Source of the DNA: a virus | DNA length: 64,000 nucleotides | Virus record (IMG/VR): IMGVR_UViG_3300036834_000211 | Span: 50,542 to 114,541 of that record | Direction: 5' to 3' (one strand) | Part shown: positions 26,979 to 35,081 of the stretch, one piece after another | Layout of the letters: each line of letters opens with the position of its first letter | Position numbering within the stretch: the stretch's first letter is position 1 | Translations under genes and position numbers: made by a program | The notes under the pieces: model-generated | Told to the model about the DNA's origin: nothing | Database searches by the model: none | What the model saw: the letters and a program-made list of their open reading frames with translations, nothing else

Positions 26979-28555
26979 ACCTCGAGCGTCGAATCATCAC
27001 CGGCCTGATAGTCAGTGCCGACTTCCTCCAGCGCGTCTCGCCGTTCTGGTCCGACGAGCTGATAGAGGCTCCAGAGTTTCGTCGAATCGCGCGCTGGTGC
27101 CTGTCTCACTACGAGCGGTACCAGCGCGCTCCAGATCGCGACATCGAGCAGATCTACCTGTCGGCGATCCGAGATGAGTCCATTCCCAAGGCCGAGGCCG
27201 AGCTGATCGAGGGGATCCTGAGCGCGGTCTCAGACGACTACGAGCGCGGTGATCAGTTCAACTCGGCGTACCTGTACGATCAGACGGTGAAGTTCCTCCG
27301 CGAGCGCGAGCTGGCTCAGCACAACGAGCGCGTGGGAGATCTGATCGAGCGCGGGCAACTGGAGGAGGCCGAGGCACTGGCCTCCGAGTTCCGACCCCGC
27401 AGCTGGGCAACCACCCGCGGTCTCGACCTCGGCACCGAGGCTGGCTACGCGGCGGTCCGGGCCGCGTTCGAGCAGGCTAGTGCGCCGATACTGAGGTACC
27501 CCGGTGCGCTGGGGGAGATGCTCAATCGCCACCTGATCAGGGGAGGTTTCGTCTCGCTTGAGGGGCCCGAGAAGCGCGGTAAGACGTTCTGGCTGACCGA
27601 CATGGCGTTCCGGGGACTGCGTCAGAAGTGCAACGTCGCCTTCTTCCAGGCGGGGGATCTGACCGAGAGTCAGTACCTGCGCCGCATGGCGGTGCACTTG
27701 GCCAGGTGCTCCGACGACCCCGAGTACTGCGAGGCCCACTGGCGTCCAGTGGGCGACTGCGCTCACAATCAGTTCGACCTGTGTCGCCGGTCGGACCGCA
27801 ACTGCGACTGCGGCATCTACGACGAGTCACGCTACGAGGAGTTCAAGGAGAATCCGAACGAGTTGCAGCAGTTGTCCAAGCTGGTCAAGTTGGCCCAGTT
27901 GAATCCGAGCTACTCGCCGTGCGACAGCGCGTCGTGCGACGAGCGCTGGCCCGTCGTGTGGCTCGAGTCCGTACCGTCGAGGGAGCCACTGACCGGCGAC
28001 CGCGCGGCCCGCATCGTCCGGGCGTTCTTCGAGCGGTATAGACGCCGCTTCCGGCTGGCGACGTACCCGAACGGGACGCTGACGACCGACGAGATGCGCT
28101 CGTGCTTGGACGAGTGGGAGCGGGAGGACTTCGTCCCGGACATAATTGCAGCAGACTACGCCGACATCATGTCCGCGCCCGACCGGGAGTACCGGCATCG
28201 GCAGAACGCAATCTGGATGGGGCTCCGCGGGATTAGCCAGGAGCGGCACGCGCTGGTGGTTACCGGGACCCAGACCGATGCCGCCAGCTACCGGTCGGAG
28301 CTGCTCGGGATGGGCAATTTTACCGAGGATAAGAGGAAGCGCGGACACGTTACTGCGTCGTTCGGATTGAACCAGGATCCTCAGGGCCGCGAGAAGACCT
28401 TGGGTATCATGCGGATCAACACGATCGTGGCCCGTGAGGGTGATTTCAACCCGACGCGCGTGGTCACCGTGCTGCAGCACCTAGCTGCAGGCCGTCCCTT
28501 CGTGGAGAGCTTTCGCGAGAGCAATTCGCGACTTCGCGCTGTATCTGGAAATTAG
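26975..28555 (+). CDS. DnaB-like replicative helicase with Cys-rich insertion
   Basis: Walker A GPEKRGKT; IIAADYADIM; VVTGTQ; FTEDKRK. Confidence 0.85.
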   Translation: MNLERRIITGLIVSADFLQRVSPFWSDELIEAPEFRRIARWCLSHYERYQRAPDRDIEQIYLSAIRDESIPKAEAELIEGILSAVSDDYERGDQFNSAYLYDQTVKFLRERELAQHNERVGDLIERGQLEEAEALASEFRPRSWATTRGLDLGTEAGYAAVRAAFEQASAPILRYPGALGEMLNRHLIRGGFVSLEGPEKRGKTFWLTDMAFRGLRQKCNVAFFQAGDLTESQYLRRMAVHLARCSDDPEYCEAHWRPVGDCAHNQFDLCRRSDRNCDCGIYDESRYEEFKENPNELQQLSKLVKLAQLNPSYSPCDSASCDERWPVVWLESVPSREPLTGDRAARIVRAFFERYRRRFRLATYPNGTLTTDEMRSCLDEWEREDFVPDIIAADYADIMSAPDREYRHRQNAIWMGLRGISQERHALVVTGTQTDAASYRSELLGMGNFTEDKRKRGHVTASFGLNQDPQGREKTLGIMRINTIVAREGDFNPTRVVTVLQHLAAGRPFVESFRESNSRLRAVSGN

Positions 28556-28558
28556 ATG

Positions 28559-28587
28559 TTGACTTTGAGCGGCAGATGTTGTATAAT
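28559..28587 (+). promoter_or_regulatory. Near-consensus sigma70 promoter
   Basis: TTGACT-17nt-TATAAT upstream of the 28627 gene and the modification cluster. Confidence 0.75.
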
Positions 28588-28626
28588 GTTCACGTTCGAG
28601 ATTTTTCTCATTGGAAGGAGGTAGAG

Positions 28627-29094
28627 GTGTTGAAGGTCACCAGGGGCACACTCGTTGACGCGGCCAAGGATCTCAACAAGATATTGGATCCCGACCCACC
28701 GATCGACGTCAAACTTGGGGTACCCGAGCTGCAGGAGCAAGTCCTTGCGGCAGCGAACTTGTTGAAGGAGGGGGATGCCGTGAAGGGTTCCACTCGAGAG
28801 GTGGTGGATCTGCTACGCAGTGGTGGTGAAGACGGAGGTGAGGATAAGGGCGAGGCAGCCCCGACCACGGCCCGGCGTTCCGGCTCGTCGCTCCCAAATC
28901 GATACGAAGGCTCGTCTGCGCAGAGGCTCGACAACGCCCTTCTAAAGGGTGGGAAGATCGAGAAGATTGCGGATGATCTGGGTATGAACAAGGGTCAGGT
29001 CAAAGCGCACGCCAAGTTCCGCGCTAGGTCGGGCAAGTTCTCCCTGAGAGAGGACGAGGACGGTACCCTGAAGTTGACCAAGGTCGCTGCATAG
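28627..29094 (+). CDS. Hypothetical protein with possible C-terminal HTH
   Basis: GGAGG RBS + GTG; IEKIADDLGMNKGQVKAH. Confidence 0.65.
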   Translation: MLKVTRGTLVDAAKDLNKILDPDPPIDVKLGVPELQEQVLAAANLLKEGDAVKGSTREVVDLLRSGGEDGGEDKGEAAPTTARRSGSSLPNRYEGSSAQRLDNALLKGGKIEKIADDLGMNKGQVKAHAKFRARSGKFSLREDEDGTLKLTKVAA

Positions 29095-29134
29095 AATCGT
29101 AGGGATGACGGCTTCATTTCCTAGGAGCCGTCTT

Positions 29135-29232
29135 TCCCCTTATTCCAGCCTTGATTTCGTCTGATCCGGTACCGAGCGGAGTCACCAACCACGAGGCCGG
29201 GAGGTTGCGAGGTCAAGGCTGGAATAAGGGGA
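29135..29232 (+). ncRNA. Candidate structured RNA / long stem-loop in the folE leader
   Basis: 20-bp perfect inverted repeat TCCCCTTATTCCAGCCTTGA / TCAAGGCTGGAATAAGGGGA, extended by G-U pairs, ending next to the GGAGG RBS. Confidence 0.5.
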
Positions 29233-29242
29233 GGGAGGTTGA

Positions 29243-29812
29243 ATGGATTGGGATCGAGTTCGCACCGGCGTAGTCGACATCCTGGTGGGTCTAGGCTGCG
29301 ACTTGAGTGATCCGAACTTCCTTGGCACCCCCGATCGGGTCGTCGAGTCTTACAAGGAGATCTTCGGCGGCCTCGACGAGGTGTCTCAGAAGATTGAGGA
29401 CATCCTGAGCAGTTCGTTCCCGTGTAGTCACGATCAGCTCGTCGTCGCACGAGGTATGGAGGTGTACGGGGTCTGTCCTCATCACCTACTACCGGTTCGG
29501 TACTCGGTCGTCGCGGCCTATCTCCCCGGGTCCGCACCCGGTGGACGCGTTGTTGGGTTGAGTAAGATCTATCGGCTCGTCAAGCTGCTGGCTGGTAGGC
29601 CCGTTCTACAGGAGCAGATGGTCAACGACGTTGCCGAGGCGTTGATGCACATCCCTGGTTGTCAAGGATCGGGGGTCGTCGCCCACGGCGAGCACTTGTG
29701 TGTTCGGATGCGCGGGGTACAGCAGGTCGACAGTGTCGTGACGACGAGCAGCCTGCGCGGTGTCTTCCTCAGTGATGGTGACGTCCGAGCCGAGTTCATG
29801 TCCCTGCGTTAA
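29243..29812 (+). CDS. folE: GTP cyclohydrolase I
   Basis: TPDRV, CPHHLLP, GLSKI, LQEQM, HLCVRMRGV, TTSSLRGVF. Confidence 0.95.
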   Translation: MDWDRVRTGVVDILVGLGCDLSDPNFLGTPDRVVESYKEIFGGLDEVSQKIEDILSSSFPCSHDQLVVARGMEVYGVCPHHLLPVRYSVVAAYLPGSAPGGRVVGLSKIYRLVKLLAGRPVLQEQMVNDVAEALMHIPGCQGSGVVAHGEHLCVRMRGVQQVDSVVTTSSLRGVFLSDGDVRAEFMSLR

Positions 29813-29825
29813 TGGGGGTTTCCTG

Positions 29826-30020
29826 ATGATAGTGACCTTGATTGTTTTCGTCTGCAGCCTATATTCTGCAGGTGAGTGCAAGAACGTTGAACATTCCGAG
29901 TCGTTCCCAAGTTTTGAGGCGTGTCAGTCCAGGATTGACGAGCTTCAGGAGCAGGACTCTCCGATGCCAGACGTGAAGGTAATTGGTTACACCTGTCGGG
30001 ATGTGACTGATGAAGACTGA
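29826..30020 (+). CDS. Small Cys-containing exported protein
   Basis: MIVTLIVFVCSL...C...FPSFEAC...YTC. Confidence 0.55.
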   Translation: MIVTLIVFVCSLYSAGECKNVEHSESFPSFEACQSRIDELQEQDSPMPDVKVIGYTCRDVTDED

Positions 30021-30696
30021 CGAGCGTTTCGTTGTGACGGGGGCGTCTTCTGGTCTTGGCAGGGAGATCTATCAGTACCTCACCTGTCGATATCAGACTT
30101 CTCAAGTCATTGGGGTGTCCCACCACGGGCCCGACATCGTGACCGACTTGTCCAATCAGATGGGCCTCCTGTCGGTAGTTGCGGAGCTGGTGTCGTGCTC
30201 ACCGCCACATCTGTCGAGACCCATCCGCTGCCTGGTGAACTGCGCTGGTGTGCTGCACCTCGGAGATGGCGACGATGCGAATGCGGATCAGATCTTCAAC
30301 GTTAACTTCTGGGCGCCGTATCACTTGTCGATGAATCTCAGGGAGTGCTTTGTGTCCGGTGAGAGCAGCGTCATAAACGTGGCCTCGGTCTCCGGTATGA
30401 TCGCCGATCCTGACACACCCGTCTATGGATCAAGTAAGGCTGCTCTCATCTCGCTGACTAAGAGCCTGGCGATTAAGTGGGCTCCCCACGTCCGAGTGAA
30501 TTGCATCTCTCCTGGATTCTTCGATACGAATCTAGTCCCCGAGCCCACCCCGCAGCATCTGATCGATCGAGTGCCGCTGGGCTTCGAGGCCTCGACTGGG
30601 ATGATAATCTCTGCGGTCGAGATGCTATTGAGCTGTCCGTACGTGACTGGTTCGAATGTCGTGGTTGATGGAGGACTGTCGTGCAGGGCAGTGTGA
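30010..30696 (+). CDS. Short-chain dehydrogenase/reductase
   Basis: TGASSGLG, NCAG, YGSSK catalytic YxxxK, VNCISPG, VDGG. Confidence 0.9.
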   Translation: MKTDERFVVTGASSGLGREIYQYLTCRYQTSQVIGVSHHGPDIVTDLSNQMGLLSVVAELVSCSPPHLSRPIRCLVNCAGVLHLGDGDDANADQIFNVNFWAPYHLSMNLRECFVSGESSVINVASVSGMIADPDTPVYGSSKAALISLTKSLAIKWAPHVRVNCISPGFFDTNLVPEPTPQHLIDRVPLGFEASTGMIISAVEMLLSCPYVTGSNVVVDGGLSCRAV

Positions 30697-31739
30697 CACC
30701 TCGGTACAGTTGCATCTTCATCTCGCGTGCCTGTCCGCGTGCCTGTTCGTACTGTCTCAGCAAGGACGTCCGCGGTGCAGGATCACTGCTCACACCGAAG
30801 GGGTGGGCCGATGCCTTGCGCATACTCGAGTCCCACGGCATCGTCTTCCACCTGATACTCGGGAACGAGCTGTTCACCTACCCGGATCCGGTGGGATTAG
30901 TCGAGGCGCTGAGGCCGTTCTGGGGCCGCTACGCAATCTACTCGACCTTCCCACCCGGCTATGCGAAGCGGTACCTGGACCCTTGCATCGAGGCGGGTCT
31001 GTACAACATCTCCGGTGGAGTGGACGTCCCGGCGGGTATGAAGACTGGCGATCGTCACGTTGATCGGAAGAGCAGTGAGGTGCTGTACTGGCTCGACTAC
31101 TGTCACACCCACGGTGTGCCAGACGTCCAGGCGACCGTGACGATCCACCGGCACAACTACGATAAGCTGGAGCCACTCCTGGACTACTGCACGGAGCGAG
31201 ACATCTGGGTCGGATGCAGTCTGGTTGAGGCGAGTCCCGATGGGAAGCACGACTTCTACGGTTCGGTCGACTCGATGCGCGACTGGTTGATTCCAGAGAA
31301 CGAGCGCGGCAGGTTTAGGAGTGCGATGTCCCGACTCGCCAGCCAGGTTTCGTCGGGTCGGTGGAAGATGCAGGTTCCACCGTCGTACTTCGAGGAGATG
31401 GGAGAGCGCGAGGTCGATCGAGATCCGTGGCACTGCAGCCTCCCTTTGCTGATCCACGTGGAGGAGGACGGTGTCCTCCGCGCGTGCTCCTACCGGGGTG
31501 GACTGGACGAGCGCTACACCGTGTTCGACCTGCGCGAGGGCGGCTCCTTGTCGATGTCGCGGTATATTGAGATGCAGCAGAGGAAGACGAGACAGTGCCC
31601 GGGCTGCGGGGTCGGCGGGGGAGCGTGGAGCTACTGGTACATGGCAGAAGAATGGCAGAAGGGCCTCGTCGAGCTGGGCGACCAGGTGTTCCAGCGGCAC
31701 GTTCCCGGTTACGAATTTGAGAGGACGAGGCAGAAATGA
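30693..31739 (+). CDS. Radical SAM enzyme with C-terminal Cys (SPASM/twitch-like) domain
   Basis: CPRACSYC (CxxxCxxC); C...DG.LRAC...CPGC. Confidence 0.85.
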   Translation: MTPRYSCIFISRACPRACSYCLSKDVRGAGSLLTPKGWADALRILESHGIVFHLILGNELFTYPDPVGLVEALRPFWGRYAIYSTFPPGYAKRYLDPCIEAGLYNISGGVDVPAGMKTGDRHVDRKSSEVLYWLDYCHTHGVPDVQATVTIHRHNYDKLEPLLDYCTERDIWVGCSLVEASPDGKHDFYGSVDSMRDWLIPENERGRFRSAMSRLASQVSSGRWKMQVPPSYFEEMGEREVDRDPWHCSLPLLIHVEEDGVLRACSYRGGLDERYTVFDLREGGSLSMSRYIEMQQRKTRQCPGCGVGGGAWSYWYMAEEWQKGLVELGDQVFQRHVPGYEFERTRQK

Positions 31740-32470
31740 GTGATCCTATCATCTACGTGTTGCTGAGCGGAGGGATCGACAGTGCCACCGCACTGGGCCT
31801 CGCCGTTGAGAAGGTGGACGAGGTGCGATGCGTTACGATCGACTACGGACAGCGTCACCGCCGCGAGATCGAGGCTGCCGCTGCCCTGGCTGAGATATAC
31901 GACTGCGAGTACGATCTCATCTCGATGCCGATGGGACGGACGATGCTGACCGATCCGACGATTGAGGTGCCCGACGTCGACTATAGCGAGATCATCGGCG
32001 TATCACCCACCTACGTCCCATTTCGCAATGGTCTCATGCTGTCGACGGTGGCTTCTTACATTGCGGGTCGGCATCACGACCTATCTCAAAGGTTTATCGA
32101 CCCTGGTGATGGCGGCATTGGAAAGCCACTCAATCCTGATTACGACCGAGACTGTTTGATCTACTGGGGGGCCCACGCTGAGGATGCAGCCGGCGGGGCG
32201 TATCCGGACTGCACTGCCGAGTTCGTGGGTGCGATGTCGTGCGCGATTGCCATCGCAACGTCGCATAAGGTTAGATTGGTGGCACCCTTCGTCGCGATGT
32301 CGAAGGCCGAGGTTGTCGAGCGAGGGTCCCTACTGGGCGTGTCGTATCGGTGGACGTGGAGTTGCTACAAAGGGGGTGAGAAGCACTGTGGGGTCTGTCC
32401 TACGTGTCGAGCTCGCAAGAGGGCCTTCCTCGATGCGGAGGTTGCGGATCCGACTGAGTACGCCGAGTAG
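31736..32470 (+). CDS. queC: 7-cyano-7-deazaguanine synthase
   Basis: LLSGGIDS, DYGQRH, TYVPFRN, YPDC, WSCY...CGVCPTC. Confidence 0.95.
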   Translation: MSDPIIYVLLSGGIDSATALGLAVEKVDEVRCVTIDYGQRHRREIEAAAALAEIYDCEYDLISMPMGRTMLTDPTIEVPDVDYSEIIGVSPTYVPFRNGLMLSTVASYIAGRHHDLSQRFIDPGDGGIGKPLNPDYDRDCLIYWGAHAEDAAGGAYPDCTAEFVGAMSCAIAIATSHKVRLVAPFVAMSKAEVVERGSLLGVSYRWTWSCYKGGEKHCGVCPTCRARKRAFLDAEVADPTEYAE

Positions 32471-32474
32471 CCGC

Positions 32475-32568
32475 CTGCGCGTGCCGTCCAGCTTGACAAA
32501 AGTATTTTGGGCTATCGCTATAGCCTCCAGGCTCCTCGCTGGGATGGACGAGCCTTAAAGACGATTTC
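32475..32568 (+). repeat. Dispersed ~94-bp structured repeat, copy 3
   Basis: CTGCGCGTGCCGTCCAGCTTGAC...TGGACGAGCCTTAAAGACGATTTC. Confidence 0.8.
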
Positions 32569-32581
32569 CTAGGAGAGCAGT

Positions 32582-32953
32582 ATGACTGAGACTTTTACTC
32601 GTTTGGTGGACAAGCATCATTCTCCATTGATTTTAAGGAAATATACGAAATGGGGCTTTCCTGTTTATGTGTCGATCATTGCCGATAACGATTTGAGTGA
32701 CTTTGATGAAGTGGTAGTTGGGTATGTTGAGGAACATAAGGTTGAGGGGTGGGTTAATGATATTCAGAGATTGCGTAATCTTGCTGGTGAATTAACTGAG
32801 TATTTGTGTCGAAAATATGATAAAACTGAGGGGGTAGGTGTGATGCTCTACGTCGACAAACTGTTTGTGGTCTCTCTATTCGGGGATCATATGAATCATG
32901 GTTCGTGCAAACAAGAATTCTATGATTTAGTAAAGATATCTGCCCATATTTGA
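32582..32953 (+). CDS. Hypothetical protein (AT-rich; possibly T-fold)
   Basis: 123 aa, GGAG RBS; fold guess is weak. Confidence 0.6.
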   Translation: MTETFTRLVDKHHSPLILRKYTKWGFPVYVSIIADNDLSDFDEVVVGYVEEHKVEGWVNDIQRLRNLAGELTEYLCRKYDKTEGVGVMLYVDKLFVVSLFGDHMNHGSCKQEFYDLVKISAHI

Positions 32954-32963
32954 GGTCACCAGG

Positions 32964-33623
32964 ATGAGAAAAGGGTACAAGCAGACATTAGCACATCGAA
33001 TTTCTCGATTGGCTTGGTTGAAAGATAGTGAGAAACTTAGACAAGCGATTGAGAAGTCGTCGACATCGCAGCGAGGTATTCGACGCCCTTGTATATCCGG
33101 AAGCAGACATCCAAATTATGGTAATATTGGTCATTTGTCTGATCGCAAGTGGGTGACTAATGGGATTGAGAATAAACGGATTTATATTAATGAAGAGATT
33201 CCATTGGGTTGGCGGTCTGGGATGTTATTAAAGAAGAAGAGTAGTAAAGTACACCGTTGTTTAGTTGGTTCATTTACGAATATTGAATGGGAGGGATTAA
33301 AGCGATACTACGATTTTAGATGTCATTGCTGTCGAAAACAAGAACCGGAGGTTAAACTTGAGAAGGATCATATAGTTCCGGTCAGTCTCGGGGGATTGAA
33401 TATTATTGAGAACATTCAGCCTCTTTGTGTTCGATGTAATCGGATTAAGAAAGCCCGTATTATTGCTTATAGAGTTAATAGGTTTCATAGTCTAGTTCGT
33501 ATGCGAGAACGACTAGAGTCTATTCTAAGGAAAAGAGCTGCGTTAGGTTTGCTTGATATTGAGTTTACTAGAATGCTGGCCTTCGAATTGGGGGTGCAGC
33601 TTCCGACGTCGATTGGTATTTGA
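32964..33623 (+). CDS. HNH homing endonuclease
   Basis: CHCC...DHIVPVSLGGLNIIENIQPLCVRCNRIK; SGSRHPNYG and KWVTNG DNA-binding motifs; AT-rich. Confidence 0.9.
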   Translation: MRKGYKQTLAHRISRLAWLKDSEKLRQAIEKSSTSQRGIRRPCISGSRHPNYGNIGHLSDRKWVTNGIENKRIYINEEIPLGWRSGMLLKKKSSKVHRCLVGSFTNIEWEGLKRYYDFRCHCCRKQEPEVKLEKDHIVPVSLGGLNIIENIQPLCVRCNRIKKARIIAYRVNRFHSLVRMRERLESILRKRAALGLLDIEFTRMLAFELGVQLPTSIGI

Positions 33624-34108
33624 TGTCTTCCATCTCCATCTGGGCACCCCACCCCGACGATGAGATAATCGGATGCTGGTCCGCCCTGCATCTAAAGCAC
33701 CGAGTTGATGACATATCGGTGATCTACTTGTCGGGTGTTGGTGATCCCGGTATAGAGAGATCACAGGCGAGGTTTGGTTTTCGATATCTGTACGCAGGAT
33801 ACGCGAATATGGAGGCGGCTGGGCCATATAGTACCGTCTTGGCACCCGATCCTGCGTCGGATTGGCACCCGCTGCATCAGCGGGTCGGTCAGGTGGCCCA
33901 GCATATGTTCCGCGACGGTAAGATCAGGCGTTTGATCATGTACACGACGAGGATGTTGGCTCCGTACGTATTCGAGGTGGCGAACCCAGCGGCGAAGCGA
34001 GCGGCGTTGAACGATTGCTATCCCGAGAAGAGCAGCCTTTGGGAGTCCGATCACAGGTTCTTCCTGTTCGAGGGCTACTGCTCCTGGTTGCGCCCCGGTG
34101 AAATATGA
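33620..34108 (+). CDS. PIG-L/LmbE-family deacetylase (compact)
   Basis: APHPDDEIIG metal-binding motif; DWHPLH. Confidence 0.85.
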   Translation: MMSSISIWAPHPDDEIIGCWSALHLKHRVDDISVIYLSGVGDPGIERSQARFGFRYLYAGYANMEAAGPYSTVLAPDPASDWHPLHQRVGQVAQHMFRDGKIRRLIMYTTRMLAPYVFEVANPAAKRAALNDCYPEKSSLWESDHRFFLFEGYCSWLRPGEI

Positions 34109-34145
34109 TTACGTAAGAAACGGCCAATGATCAGGAGAACATAAA

Positions 34146-35081
34146 ATGGGAAGACTAATAGTCGTACCTCAGTATCCCGCCAGACTTAGGTATCAAGAGT
34201 GGTATCCGCAGCGGATGCGAGAGTATGCCAATCACTTTGACGAGGTCATCTTCCTCAAGCCCGACACTGAAGCCCTGCTTCCACCATTGGGTGGATTCTC
34301 TCCCGTCGACTTGGCATTAGACTACGAGCTCTGTCAGATCAGGACGTACCTCGATCTGACACTCGAAGATGAAAACGTGCTGTTGCTGTGCGACCTCAGC
34401 TTCCCCGGGCTGTTCGCCTCCGTCCTGTACCACAAGCGCCCCAGTCGTTGCTTTACCATCTGCCACGGGACGTCGAGGAACAAGCACGACTACTTTGCCG
34501 ACTGTCGATCCAGTAAGTGGAGCGTCGAGGGCGGGCACAGTGAGCTGTTCGAAGGGGTATTCGTCGCGACTGAGTACCACCGCCGGAAGTTGGGTTGGTC
34601 CAACTGCCACGTCGTCTCCTTCCCACTCCCTCGAATTAGCGAACTGGGGGATCTTCACCCTTCCATCGTACGTGCGTACCGACCGAGTCGTATCGTCAGC
34701 GTTGCCCGACCCGGCCTGCAGAAGGTGAATCTGGAGGTCGAGCAGGAGATCGAGGAGATGACGGGCAGTCGGATCGTCAGGTTCCACGAGACGGGTGGAC
34801 GGACTTGGTCCGACTATTACTCGTTCCTGCGGGACGCTGACTTCCTGCTGGTCTCGTCGAGGGAGGAGACCTACGGCTACCAGGTAATTGACGCGCTATC
34901 GGTGGGTACGGTTCCCATTGCCCCCCGCGCGTTGTCGTACCCCGAGTTGCTGCCAGCTCGCTGTCTGTACGAACCCGGCAGTGCAGTGGATGCGGTCGCT
35001 GTGATGGAGCGGTATCCCACTTGTCCGGCCTTGTGGGAAGATACATTCATCAGGGACACTGCTCGTATAATGCAAGCATGA
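34146..35081 (+). CDS. GT-B glycosyltransferase (GT4-like)
   Basis: SREETYGYQVIDAL..GTVPIAPRALSYPELL nucleotide-sugar-binding motif. Confidence 0.85.
   Translation: MGRLIVVPQYPARLRYQEWYPQRMREYANHFDEVIFLKPDTEALLPPLGGFSPVDLALDYELCQIRTYLDLTLEDENVLLLCDLSFPGLFASVLYHKRPSRCFTICHGTSRNKHDYFADCRSSKWSVEGGHSELFEGVFVATEYHRRKLGWSNCHVVSFPLPRISELGDLHPSIVRAYRPSRIVSVARPGLQKVNLEVEQEIEEMTGSRIVRFHETGGRTWSDYYSFLRDADFLLVSSREETYGYQVIDALSVGTVPIAPRALSYPELLPARCLYEPGSAVDAVAVMERYPTCPALWEDTFIRDTARIMQA

Noticed and set aside
29135-29232. tRNA gene or preQ1-I riboswitch
   Set aside because: No T-loop GTTCRA, anticodon arm or A-rich 3' tail pattern. No tRNA was recognised anywhere in the window.
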